Of a DNA stretch of 64,000 nt, positions 10,103-19,882 are shown in pieces. The stretch is from an uncultured Verrucomicrobiae bacterium (GTDB taxonomy: Bacteria > Verrucomicrobiota > Verrucomicrobiia > Chthoniobacterales > UBA10450): NCBI GenBank assembly GCA_963735805.1, contig CAVTMK010000004.1, positions 416,001 through 480,000 of the forward strand. Direction: 5' to 3'. How positions within the stretch are numbered: position 1 is the stretch's first letter; each line of letters starts with the position of its first letter. A model generated the notes under the pieces. That model was not told the DNA's origin and made no database searches. It saw only the letters and a program-made list of their open reading frames with translations. A program made the position numbers and the translations under genes.

Positions 10103-11668
10103 ATGCGCCGGCACGCGCTGTTTGTTGGAGTATTCATTCTTATCGCGACGGCGCGGTTTCTGATCCTGCTGACGTCACAAACCCACGTCCATAGCGATGA
10201 GGCGATCATTGGGCTGATGGGCAAACACATCCTGGAGGGACGCTATTTTCCTTTTTACATGTATGGGCAGCCGTACAACGCCGGTGCAGCCTGGGAAGCT
10301 TATCTAGCCGCAATTGCGTTCGCATTCTTCGGCATTAGCGTCATTTCGCTCAAAGGCTGCATCGTCGTGCTCTCTTTGCTGTGCCTTTTTCTGTTTTATC
10401 GGATGTGCCTTGTGCTTTATGACCAGCAGGCCGCACTTCTGGCAACGGTCGCGTTTGCACTCGCCCCATCACTTCTCAAGTGGCATTTTCAAGTCCGAGG
10501 TTACTCCTGGTATTTCTTGTCGATCCCGATACTGACAATGCTTTTTGCATCGATCGAATCAGATCGGCCTCCTCAAAAAAGGACATTATTTTTCTTTGGG
10601 CTGGTGTCGGGTGTTAGCATCTGGTGCCTGGAGCTTGTGATTCCGCTCGTTGGCACGTTTTGGCTGCTCCTGATTTTACGCCGCAGATTCTCACTACATA
10701 ATGCGGCGTTCGCTTTGGTCGGTTTAGTGACGGGATACGCCCCAGTGATTGCATTTAACTTCACGCATCACTTTAGCAATTGGCAGTATCTGATTATTGA
10801 GAGGCCAGGAGGCGGATTGTCGTCGCTCGTCCACATTTCAGCGTACGGACGAATCTTCCTGGAAGAAATGCCGAAGTTCTTCGGCACGGACACCGTGCTC
10901 TGGTATTATCCTGAAACACCGGCATACGGTTGGCTGTTTTACTCGATTTCGCTTTTCGCCGTGGGTGCGGCGATATGGCCGTTTGCAAAATCACCCTCGA
11001 AAATCATGCGAGCGCTGCGGGGCGATCTGCCGGATCACTGGCAAAAACGAGATTTTGATATGCTCCTGCTGACCGCGGCCTCTTTTGTCCCGTATCTTAC
11101 GCAGCCTGTCGGTGTGCCCAGCTATTTCCTCGGAGGATGCTTCTTTTTGTCGGTCCTGACAGGGCGAATATTGGAACGTTCCTTTTCTTCGTCGAAGGCG
11201 CTGCTGCGGCTCGCCGGCGTCGGTGCGCTCGTCGCGATTCTGCTAACGGGCATAGCCATCATGATCAGGGTTGAACAGGAAAATCAGATCGAGACTCTCT
11301 CCTTATGCCAGGACGGCAGGAATTACTGCATGACACGAATTCCCGGGACGGACATAGACGGCGTTGAACAGTATCTGCGTCAAAACAGCGTGACATCCGT
11401 CTGGACGACGATCTCATTTGTTTATCCGTTATTGTTCGAAAGCGGCGAGAGGCTGGCCGTTTCTAATGCGATTTTTGAGTACCCCCACCGCGTTTATCCG
11501 CAGAAAATCCCTTGGCGCGAGCCCAGTCTCGATCCTGACGCCGCATTCGTCATCGAAACCGATTCGCCATTTCGGTCTCAATTGGAGACCCATTTCGCAC
11601 AAGCGTTCGGCAGGGCTCCGTCGGCTCGCGAATTCGGGAAACTGACTGTGGTCTCCAAACCAGAGTGA
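10103..11668 (+). CDS. GT-C fold membrane glycosyltransferase (ArnT/PMT-2, GT39/83-like)
   Basis: First-loop HSDEA acidic motif, YMYGQPY, about 11 TM segments, soluble C-terminal tail. Confidence 0.72.
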   Translation: MRRHALFVGVFILIATARFLILLTSQTHVHSDEAIIGLMGKHILEGRYFPFYMYGQPYNAGAAWEAYLAAIAFAFFGISVISLKGCIVVLSLLCLFLFYRMCLVLYDQQAALLATVAFALAPSLLKWHFQVRGYSWYFLSIPILTMLFASIESDRPPQKRTLFFFGLVSGVSIWCLELVIPLVGTFWLLLILRRRFSLHNAAFALVGLVTGYAPVIAFNFTHHFSNWQYLIIERPGGGLSSLVHISAYGRIFLEEMPKFFGTDTVLWYYPETPAYGWLFYSISLFAVGAAIWPFAKSPSKIMRALRGDLPDHWQKRDFDMLLLTAASFVPYLTQPVGVPSYFLGGCFFLSVLTGRILERSFSSSKALLRLAGVGALVAILLTGIAIMIRVEQENQIETLSLCQDGRNYCMTRIPGTDIDGVEQYLRQNSVTSVWTTISFVYPLLFESGERLAVSNAIFEYPHRVYPQKIPWREPSLDPDAAFVIETDSPFRSQLETHFAQAFGRAPSAREFGKLTVVSKPE

Positions 11669-11774
11669 GCCGCGGTTGAAGGTCGTTGTCCTTCGGATTC
11701 GATATCTGCAATTCTGGCGCTGAAATCTTCAGCCCAAAATTTCCCGCAAATCCGCTCGATTCAACGCGGACGAG

Positions 11775-11915
11775 GTTCAAAAAAAACTTTGAAAAAAGTG
11801 AAAAAAAAGCTTGTCACCCCCTGGCACCTTCAACTAAACGAGGAATTTGACGCGACAAGCGGGCCCGAAAAGCCGTTCAAAAAAACTTTGAAAAAAGTGA
11901 AAAAAAAGCTTGTCA
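11775..11915 (+). repeat. 41/42-bp direct repeat (11775-11816 and 11875-11915), 100-bp period
   Basis: GTTC(A)7-8CTTTGAAAAAAGTGAAAAAAAAGCTTGTCA occurs twice, differing by one A. Confidence 0.95.
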
Positions 11916-11940
11916 GCGCCACAGAGATTTAATAAGCGTG
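11775..11940 (+). promoter_or_regulatory. Tandem sigma70-like promoters with A-tract UP elements upstream of the TonB receptor
   Basis: TTGTCA at 11811 and 11910, each preceded by three A-tracts and followed by TAAACG (18-nt spacer) or TAAGCG (17-nt spacer). Confidence 0.55.
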
Positions 11941-11959
11941 TCAAAACCTAACCAAACCA

Positions 11960-14900
11960 ATGGAGAAACTAATGACTAAAAACGTGCTAAATAAACTTGG
12001 ATTTCTTGGCGCCGCCTTGATAGCGAGCGTGGGATTTCCTCTGATTTTTGCATCGACCGCATTCGCTCAGTTGCCGGCTCCAGCTGTGCCGGCAAATCCG
12101 GCTGCGCCAGCGTCCCAGGCTGAGGTTGAGCGCGTCATTGTGACCGGCTCAAACATTCCCACCGCGGAAGAGACCGGCCCCAATCCCGTGGATACCTACC
12201 GGCCGCAGGACATCGAGAAATTGGGTATCCGAAACGCAACCGACCTGCAGACATTCCTCCCGCAGGAGGCGGGCGGAACCGTGAACCAGAACATTGGTAA
12301 TGGCGGTGATGGCACCGTCCAGATCAACCTGCGCGGTTTGTTGCCGAAAGAGACCTTAGTTCTAATCGATGGCAAGCGCGTCGCCTATGGTTCGCTGGGT
12401 GTCGCCGGTTTTAGCGGAGGCCCGGACATTCAGTTGATACCGTTTCCGATGGTCGACCACATCGACATTCTCAAAGACGGCGCCTCGGCCGTTTACGGAT
12501 CGGATGCGATAACGGGCGTAGTCAACTTCTTCCTGGTCCACAAATTCCGTGGCTTGGAGATCGGGGCCACTTACGGAAACACAAACATGGGGGCTTCCAA
12601 TGAAATGGGCGAGTGGGAGGCATGGCTCAAAGCCGGCACTGGAGATGACAAGACCGATATCGTGGTCATTGCCGATTTCTGGGAGCGCCTCGGCGGTGTT
12701 TTCAGCCGCGACCGCGATGTTTCTGCCAACGGGTTCTTTGTTCCGTTTGGAGGATTTGATGCGCGCAGCGGCAATGAGCCTGGCCGTGTGCAGGGTCGCC
12801 GTTTGCTTCCGAGCATGTTTTTTACCGCAAACAGCCCGCCGCCACATTCGGCACCCAATGCTGCGACTTCTCCATTTTACGCTAACCCTTTTGCGGTTAA
12901 TCCAAATGCATATCCGGGAGCCCCTGGTATTTTGAATCCAAACGGCTTCAATGCTCCTGGCTTTCCTCAAACCGGTACGAAATACCGGGGTGGTGGCAAC
13001 TACTTCTTCTATAACTTCGCCGCTGTTACGCCAGCGTTGCCGCCGGGAGATCGCCAGGTGTACTACGGTTCGTTCACCCGCGACCTGTGCGACAAGTACC
13101 TGACAGTGTTCGCCGACTTTAAGTATGCGCGTTCGTACTTCGATTCGTCGTTAGCCGCGGCTCCGTTTACACCGGATCCATTTAAAGCGCCGGGCACTAA
13201 CGCCTTCTTTAGTCCGAGTGGCATCAGTGTGCCAATCTCGAATCCCTTCAATCCCTTCACAGTCGGGGATGCGACTCTGGTTATTAACGGCATACCAACT
13301 CCGATGACAACTGGCGTTCGTTTTCGCTCTATCAACGATACGGGCTCAAGAAGCGAAAAGTTCACCTATTGGGACCAACTTTTCGATGTCGGTCTGCGGG
13401 GTGAGATGGGCGAATTTGGGGATTACTTCAAGACATGGAACTGGGAAGCGGGTTTCCGTTATTCTCGGAATGAAGGGCAGGATCTGTCCGTTGGCGAAGT
13501 GAGCCAGCCCGGGTTGCGCGATGCCCTGCTGGATACGAATCCTGCGACCGCGTTTAATCCGTTCTTTGGACAAAACGGCGAAAACAGCCCAAGGGCCAGG
13601 CAATCTGTCTATGTGACATTGCATAACTCTGGCGAGTATGAATTGCCTATCTATTACGCCACGTTTAACGGCGATCTGTTCAGTCTTCCAGCAGGGCCGA
13701 TTTCGTTCGCGATTGGCGGCGAGTACGACGCGCCCAGGTTCACTCGCGATCGTGACGCGCTCAATAACACGTTTTCATCGATCGGTTCGGTGGACGGGCA
13801 AAGCTTCCGTGTGAACCGGGACATCTGGGGAATCTATGAGGAAGTGCGCGTGCCGTTTACCAGTCCCACGTGGAACTTTCCTGGCTTCTACAGCTTTGAG
13901 GTGGACTTTGCCGAGCGGGAGGAATGGTACAGTCAGAACACCTCCGGGGTTCTGCCTTCGGGATTGTTCCCCGGCGGGCCGTCAGTGCACACCACGTATA
14001 ATGCGCAGAAGCCGAAGATCTCACTTCGCTGGCAACCGCTTGATCCCAAGTATATCGGCGCTGTGACGCTGCGCGGCAGCTATTCCGAGGCGTTCCACGC
14101 GCCGACGTTGGGAGAGCTTACGCCCGCTTCGTCGCAAAACTTCCCAATCGTGGCCGATCCCTTCTCTACTCAGACCGAACCACAGATTGAGGAACGCGTC
14201 CTGGGCAACCCGCTCACGCATCCGGAAACGGCTTATGAATGGACCTACGGAATTGTTTACAGTCCGAAATGGGTCAAGGGCCTGACGTTGAGCGCCGATT
14301 GGTGGCACATCGATATGCGCGACATTGTAACAGCCCTCGGCGCGCAAACCATTCTCCTGGAAAATCCACCGCCAGGACCGGGTGCGTCAACTGTTACAAA
14401 CCCCAACGGGGCGATTGTAGCCCGTGCTGCTGGTAACAACCCGCTTGAGCCCGGCCCAGTCGTGCTGGTTGTTGATCCTAGCAAGAACCTCTCTGGCGCG
14501 ATCTTCGAAGGTCTAGACTACGAGGCAATCTATATACTGGATTCGACGATCTTTGGCGGCGGCGATTGGGGAAGGTTGACCACCACGGTCAACGGCACCT
14601 GGTTGTCGCGGGCTGAGTTTCAAGCTAGCCCGGAGGTAAAGCGGGTTGGCATCGCGGGTGAATTTTTGCCGCCAGGATTTGCTCTAACCAGTTCGCTGCC
14701 GTGGAACCGGGCTAACTTCAGTATGTTCTACGACGGTCCAGCCGACACATGGATGCAGGGGTTGGATGTGGGCGCGATCGTGCACTGGACTGGTCAGTAT
14801 GAAGACGACAACGCCAGCCTTACAGGATCGACGAAGCTAAACGAGCCCCGGAGTGGCCCCCTTGGCGGTACGAGTCTTACGCCGCCGAACGGTAATGAAA

Positions 14901-15250
14901 TCCGTGCGCGCAAAGTGTCGGCATGGACGACGCTCGATCTGCTCTTGAACTACACGTTTAACATGCCACCGCCTGCCCCGGCTGAAGTCCCTGGCTATGC
15001 CAAGGATGGTGGGAAGAATGTGAAGATGAAAGATGGCAAGGACAAAAACGTGGTACCCGTCTCAACGGCCGAGTATGGCTGCAGCAATTGGCAGTGGTGG
15101 CTTAATAACACCACCGTCACGCTGGGCATGCAGAACGTGACCGACGAAGATCCGCCGTTTGTGGCTGGCTCGTTTGAGAACGGCTACGACGAGTCCATTG
15201 CGACAATTAAGGGCCGGTTCTGGTATGTCGGATTGAAGAAGCGCTTCTAA
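11960..15250 (+). CDS. TonB-dependent outer-membrane receptor
   Basis: Signal peptide (..STAFA-Q), TonB box ERVIVTGS, plug motifs INLRGL, TLVLIDGKR, IDILKDGASAVYGSDAITGVVN; terminal GRFWYVGLKKRF. Confidence 0.95.
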   Translation: MEKLMTKNVLNKLGFLGAALIASVGFPLIFASTAFAQLPAPAVPANPAAPASQAEVERVIVTGSNIPTAEETGPNPVDTYRPQDIEKLGIRNATDLQTFLPQEAGGTVNQNIGNGGDGTVQINLRGLLPKETLVLIDGKRVAYGSLGVAGFSGGPDIQLIPFPMVDHIDILKDGASAVYGSDAITGVVNFFLVHKFRGLEIGATYGNTNMGASNEMGEWEAWLKAGTGDDKTDIVVIADFWERLGGVFSRDRDVSANGFFVPFGGFDARSGNEPGRVQGRRLLPSMFFTANSPPPHSAPNAATSPFYANPFAVNPNAYPGAPGILNPNGFNAPGFPQTGTKYRGGGNYFFYNFAAVTPALPPGDRQVYYGSFTRDLCDKYLTVFADFKYARSYFDSSLAAAPFTPDPFKAPGTNAFFSPSGISVPISNPFNPFTVGDATLVINGIPTPMTTGVRFRSINDTGSRSEKFTYWDQLFDVGLRGEMGEFGDYFKTWNWEAGFRYSRNEGQDLSVGEVSQPGLRDALLDTNPATAFNPFFGQNGENSPRARQSVYVTLHNSGEYELPIYYATFNGDLFSLPAGPISFAIGGEYDAPRFTRDRDALNNTFSSIGSVDGQSFRVNRDIWGIYEEVRVPFTSPTWNFPGFYSFEVDFAEREEWYSQNTSGVLPSGLFPGGPSVHTTYNAQKPKISLRWQPLDPKYIGAVTLRGSYSEAFHAPTLGELTPASSQNFPIVADPFSTQTEPQIEERVLGNPLTHPETAYEWTYGIVYSPKWVKGLTLSADWWHIDMRDIVTALGAQTILLENPPPGPGASTVTNPNGAIVARAAGNNPLEPGPVVLVVDPSKNLSGAIFEGLDYEAIYILDSTIFGGGDWGRLTTTVNGTWLSRAEFQASPEVKRVGIAGEFLPPGFALTSSLPWNRANFSMFYDGPADTWMQGLDVGAIVHWTGQYEDDNASLTGSTKLNEPRSGPLGGTSLTPPNGNEIRARKVSAWTTLDLLLNYTFNMPPPAPAEVPGYAKDGGKNVKMKDGKDKNVVPVSTAEYGCSNWQWWLNNTTVTLGMQNVTDEDPPFVAGSFENGYDESIATIKGRFWYVGLKKRF

Positions 15251-15274
15251 AGCGAAGACTAGAATAATTTACAG

Positions 15275-15311
15275 CGGCCGGGCTCCACTAGAGCCCGGCC
15301 GTTTTGCTTTT
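15275..15311 (+). terminator. Rho-independent terminator of the TonB receptor gene
   Basis: Perfect 11-bp stem CGGCCGGGCTC-cacta-GAGCCCGGCCG followed by TTTTGCTTTT. Confidence 0.88.
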
Positions 15312-15406
15312 GGATACGACGACAATTCGCCGCTATCACAGACGCGACACGCCAAATGTCAGTCGCGTATAGAGAAATGTTTGTTATCGTGCGCAGCGCG
15401 TTGCTT

Positions 15407-17722
15407 ATGCAAACCAGCGACCTTAAGAGCGCACGACGACCGTTGTGGCAGCAGACGTGGATTTTGGCCCTTTTGTTGATCGCTCTCGTTTGCGTTGCAT
15501 ATGCCAGGGTCCTTAATGCCGGATTCATCTGGGACGATGAATCGCATTTGACCCAGAATCCCTGCATTATCGGTCCGTTGGGATTAAAGGAAATCTGGAC
15601 CACCGCGAGGGCCGTCTATTACCCGTTGGTGCTTACGACTTTCTGGGCTCTACATAAGGTCGTTGGTTTAACCCCTTGGCCATATCATCTTGTGAACGTG
15701 CTTCTGCACGCCGCGTCGGCGGTCTTGCTCTGGCAGATTCTGTGGCAACTCGAGGTTCGTGGCGCCTGGTTGGGAGCTGCTCTCTGGGCGCTGCATCCCG
15801 TAATGGTGCAATCGGTCGCATGGGTGACTGAGCTCAAAAACACGCAGTCGTGCCTCTTTTATCTCCTGTCGATTTTCTGTTTTTTGAAATGGAACCACAC
15901 GTCGCAAATTGTTCAGGTATCACAGGAGCAGAATGCGGTGAATCAACGAGAGGCGGCCTCTACGAATCCTCGGCAGCGCGCTGGAGACCCCTCTTCGATG
16001 TTATTCGCCTTGTCGTTGTGTTTTTTCATACTCGCGACTTTAAGCAAGCCTTCGGTGGTCATGTTACCTGTTGTACTTGCCCTGTGTGTCTGGTGGCGAG
16101 GAGGACGGATCAATCGCGGTAATGTTGCAGCGCTCGTTCCATTTGCGCTCGTATCGGCGATTGCCAGCGTGTGGACGATTTTCGAGCAAAAGTTTCACGC
16201 TGGGGCAATTGGTGCTGAATGGGCTCAGAGCTGGCCGGATCGCCTTATCATCGCGGGGCGCGCAATATGGTTTTATCTGGGAAAACTGGCCTGGCCGCAT
16301 TCGCTGGTGTTTATCTATCCGCGGTGGGATATTGATTCTTCCCAACTAAGCGCCTATTTGCCTCTCTTCGCAGCGTTAGCTGCGTTGCTCGTTTTGTGGT
16401 GGTTCTCCAGGAAATGGGGTCGGGCCGTATTTTTCGCCGCCGCCTACTATGTTGTTTCCTTGTTTCCGGTGCTCGGCTTTTTCGACGTTTTTTTCTTCCG
16501 TTACTCCTTTGTGAGCGATCATTTTCAATATCTGGCGAGCATGGGACCGCTGGCGCTAGGTGGCGCAGCAATTGTAACTGCTATAGGGCATTTCGGTGAA
16601 ACACCATCCCGGTTGGTGTCTCACACAGACGCCCTACAATTTTCTAATAATATCGCCGTTGTTAGATCGAAAACGTTTCTAGTGCCGGCAACCGCGGGAA
16701 TACTCCTGCTTCTGCTCCTTTTTTTGACATGGCGACAGACAGCCACCTACCATGATCTTGTCTCCCTTTACACAGCGACACTAAGGAAGAATCCCGGTTG
16801 CTGGATGGCACATTATAATTTGGGCATTGCTCTCAATGAACGGGGGAAGACCGATGAGGCGATTGCTCATTATCAGGAGGCCATCAAGCTGCGGCCAAGT
16901 TATGCCGAGGCGCATTACAATCTGGGCCGACTTCTTGCGGAGAAGGGGCAGCTCAACGATGCGGTTACTCATTACGAGCGGGCACTGGAAATAAACCCTG
17001 CCGATGCAGAAGCCCGTAACAATTTTGGCGTCACGCTTTTTGGGATCGGACGTGTGGACGAGGCAATTACTCATTATGAGGAAGCGCTGAAGATCAGGCC
17101 AGATTACGCAGAAGCCTCTTGCAATCTGGCGAACGCGCTTCTTTCAAAGGGGGATTTGGATGGGGCTATTGCCCGTTATTCGAAATGCCTGGCTCTATCC
17201 CCAAATCAGGCTGAAGCCCAGTACAACCTTGCGAGCGCCTTACTCCGAAGGGGTCAGACGGATGAGGCGATTGCGCATTACCGGAAAGTACTCGAGCTGC
17301 AGGCGGATAACGCAGATGCCCATGCGAATCTGGGAAGCGCTTATCTTGCAAAGGGAGACGTCCGAGAAGCGATCACTGAATACCGAAATGCCCTTAGGGT
17401 TTCTCCGGAAAATGTGCCGGCGCAAAGTAATCTGGCCTGGCTCCTGGCAACCTCCGCAGACTCCTCGCTTAGAAACGGATCAGAGGCTGTGATTTTGGCT
17501 GAACAGGCGGACTCGGAAAGCTCCCGAAGTGACAATCACACGATTGTTCTGCGCATCCTGGCTGCGGCATATGCTGAAACTGGCCGTTTTGGTGAGGCCA
17601 AGCAAACCGCTCAACAGGCCTTGCAAGCAGCTGAAGTCCAAGGAAACTCCACTCTAGCCGATGCGCTGCGCGACGAAATCGCGCTCTACGACCTGGGCTT
17701 GCCGTATCACAAGGAACGATAA
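15407..17722 (+). CDS. TMTC-like GT-C glycosyltransferase with C-terminal TPR array (paralog 1)
   Basis: GFIWDD loop, ALHPVMVQSVAWVTELKN, SDHFQYLA, about 7 TPRs (AHYNLG..). Start may be 15356 or 15377. Confidence 0.82.
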   Translation: MQTSDLKSARRPLWQQTWILALLLIALVCVAYARVLNAGFIWDDESHLTQNPCIIGPLGLKEIWTTARAVYYPLVLTTFWALHKVVGLTPWPYHLVNVLLHAASAVLLWQILWQLEVRGAWLGAALWALHPVMVQSVAWVTELKNTQSCLFYLLSIFCFLKWNHTSQIVQVSQEQNAVNQREAASTNPRQRAGDPSSMLFALSLCFFILATLSKPSVVMLPVVLALCVWWRGGRINRGNVAALVPFALVSAIASVWTIFEQKFHAGAIGAEWAQSWPDRLIIAGRAIWFYLGKLAWPHSLVFIYPRWDIDSSQLSAYLPLFAALAALLVLWWFSRKWGRAVFFAAAYYVVSLFPVLGFFDVFFFRYSFVSDHFQYLASMGPLALGGAAIVTAIGHFGETPSRLVSHTDALQFSNNIAVVRSKTFLVPATAGILLLLLLFLTWRQTATYHDLVSLYTATLRKNPGCWMAHYNLGIALNERGKTDEAIAHYQEAIKLRPSYAEAHYNLGRLLAEKGQLNDAVTHYERALEINPADAEARNNFGVTLFGIGRVDEAITHYEEALKIRPDYAEASCNLANALLSKGDLDGAIARYSKCLALSPNQAEAQYNLASALLRRGQTDEAIAHYRKVLELQADNADAHANLGSAYLAKGDVREAITEYRNALRVSPENVPAQSNLAWLLATSADSSLRNGSEAVILAEQADSESSRSDNHTIVLRILAAAYAETGRFGEAKQTAQQALQAAEVQGNSTLADALRDEIALYDLGLPYHKER
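16582..16638. repeat. REPIN-like inverted pair of GTAG-type palindromes inside a CDS
   Basis: TATAGGGCATTTCGGTGAAACACC, 9-nt spacer, then GGTGTCTCACACAGACGCCCTACA; arms 18/24 identical as inverted copies; total 57 nt (multiple of 3). Confidence 0.7.
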
Positions 17723-17791
17723 GACCCCTCTGTAATGCCGCTCATTGAGCATGCCGTGCAAACTTGGAAAAAAACGTGGCCGGTAGTGTCG

Positions 17792-19882
17792 TTACTTCCC
17801 GGGAAGTGTTTGGCGGAGCGGAAGACCTATCTGGTAGAGAGCGATGTCGCCTTGAAGAAGGTGCGCAATCTCGAGGTTGTTTTGGCTGGTAGCTGTCGTT
17901 ATTCCTCGTTGAGCCACTTCGATCGCTTCCGAGAACTGGCCCGCCTCTGCGCACGCAGCAGCCAGCGCTCGGAGAAACTTTGGATCTTCAGTATTAGAAA
18001 GCTTTACCGCCTTTTTCGCGAACTCGACCGCTTTTTTCCCGTCGCGGATCGAGGCATCGGGAGCTGTCGCAAGCACCCAGGCAATGTTGATGCGAGAATG
18101 GGGATCCTCGGGAGCTAACGCTAGCGCCCTTTCGTAATCGGCGACTGCCTCGTGTAATGAGCCCTTTCGCAAAAGAGCGTTACCGAGGCTAGTGTAGGCA
18201 TCCGGGTCATTGGGTTGTATCTGAAGAGTTTTTTCCCAGTCAGCGATTGCTTCGTCGACGTGACCTTTTGAAAAAAGAACGTTTCCGCGGTTGTAATAGG
18301 CATCTGCATAATACGGCTGCAATTTAATCGCTTCCTCGTAATGGACCATCGCTTCGTCGGATTGCCCTTTTCTAGCAAGAGCGTCGGCGAGATTCATTTG
18401 CACAAAAGCTGAACCCGCGTCGTAGTGGGCATCTCGTTTACCAGACCTGATCTTTGCGGCAGCTTCGAAATGTAAGATTGCCTGGTCCAGATCGCCGCGA
18501 TCGACGCAAAGGTATCCGAGATTATTATGCGCTACGTCGTTGTCGGCCGTCACCGCGAGAGCACGGTTCCAAAGAGTCTCGCTATTGCGCCAATAAGAAG
18601 CTTGTGTGAATGCCGCCCATGCCAGGGCGAAGATAGCTAAGAATGCGACTGCGGTGGTTACGACAAGACGTGGCGGTGACTTACGGACCATTGCTACGTC
18701 TGCACTTAACCAGACCACAATTACGAACAGACCTACATGAGGGAGATACGTGTAACGGTCGGCATGGCCTTGTTCTCCAACCTGGACGATGCCAATCACT
18801 GGGGCGAGCATAACGAGATACCAGAACCACCCGGTTAAGAGGTATGGAATGCGGCGTCGGTAAACGATTGCCGTAGCCGTGATCGCCAGTACCGACACAA
18901 TCGCGAGGATCACTTCGCCGATCGGCAGAGTGTCGTTTGGATGAGGATAGAAGACCGCGAGGTGGGTTGGCCACACTGTTTTCCAGGCGTAAATCACGTA
19001 ACACATGAAAGCGTTTTCCACACGCCAGAGAAACGGCAGCGGCGGGATTGCACCTGTGGCGCGTTTCTGGAGAAGGAACGTGATAACGCAGGCGACTGTT
19101 GAAAGAACTATCAAGGGAATTTTTTCCAGGATTAAGAACCGTGTGACAAACTTTTGTCCGCTGCCGGTAAGGTTCTCACCGCTGGAAACGGATTGTTCAA
19201 AACGGCGTAGTGGCCAGTAATCAAGCAGCAGAAGCACAATAGGGGTGCTTACCAGCATTGCCTTCGACATGAGCCCTGCCGCGAACAGAACCACAACCGC
19301 CAAATAGCGCCTTGCCGATACTGCCCGCGTATACCAGGCATATGTTCCGAGCGTGAGAAAAAAGAAGACTGCGCTCAAAACGTCTTTTCGCTCGCTCACC
19401 CATGCTACGGATTCCACGTGCAATGGGTGCACCGCGAAAAGCGCCGCGACAATCGCACTCCTCCATACTGCGCCGGTCATCTGCTGCAGCACACGAAACA
19501 GCAGAAGCACGGCAATAACGTGCAAGATGACGTTCGTAGCGTGGTGCCCGCCAGCATTTAACCCGTAGAGCTGGCAGTCCAGCATATGTGACAAAGTCGT
19601 TAATGGATGCCAGTTGCTCGCGTGAGAGCTGGTAAACGCATGTATTATCGCGTTTATCGTTAATCCGGCTTTAATACCTGGCGCATCGTAGACATATAAA
19701 TGATCATCGAAATTAACGAAATCATAATGAATTGTCTGGGCGAACACGGCCAGGCTAATTCCAACAAGGACGATGTATATGAGTACGATTATGGCAGAGT
19801 TAGGGCGGCCTTCTGCAAAACGCCCTACCTTCTTACCAGTGTGCCGCTTCTTGTTAGTAACTATTGGTCGGCTAGTTGGCAT
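17792..19882 (-). CDS. TMTC-like GT-C glycosyltransferase with TPRs (paralog 2)
   Basis: DFVNFDD, NWHPLTTLSH, HPLHVESVAWVSERKDVL, ADRYTYLP, TPRs. Confidence 0.85.
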   Translation of the reverse strand: MPTSRPIVTNKKRHTGKKVGRFAEGRPNSAIIVLIYIVLVGISLAVFAQTIHYDFVNFDDHLYVYDAPGIKAGLTINAIIHAFTSSHASNWHPLTTLSHMLDCQLYGLNAGGHHATNVILHVIAVLLLFRVLQQMTGAVWRSAIVAALFAVHPLHVESVAWVSERKDVLSAVFFFLTLGTYAWYTRAVSARRYLAVVVLFAAGLMSKAMLVSTPIVLLLLDYWPLRRFEQSVSSGENLTGSGQKFVTRFLILEKIPLIVLSTVACVITFLLQKRATGAIPPLPFLWRVENAFMCYVIYAWKTVWPTHLAVFYPHPNDTLPIGEVILAIVSVLAITATAIVYRRRIPYLLTGWFWYLVMLAPVIGIVQVGEQGHADRYTYLPHVGLFVIVVWLSADVAMVRKSPPRLVVTTAVAFLAIFALAWAAFTQASYWRNSETLWNRALAVTADNDVAHNNLGYLCVDRGDLDQAILHFEAAAKIRSGKRDAHYDAGSAFVQMNLADALARKGQSDEAMVHYEEAIKLQPYYADAYYNRGNVLFSKGHVDEAIADWEKTLQIQPNDPDAYTSLGNALLRKGSLHEAVADYERALALAPEDPHSRINIAWVLATAPDASIRDGKKAVEFAKKAVKLSNTEDPKFLRALAAACAEAGQFSEAIEVAQRGITTATSQNNLEIAHLLQGDIALYQIGLPLRQTLPGK

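Noticed and set aside
11775..11915. Direct repeat read as a mini-CRISPR
   Set aside because: Only two A-rich copies with a 58-nt spacer and no cas genes; a tandem promoter fits better.
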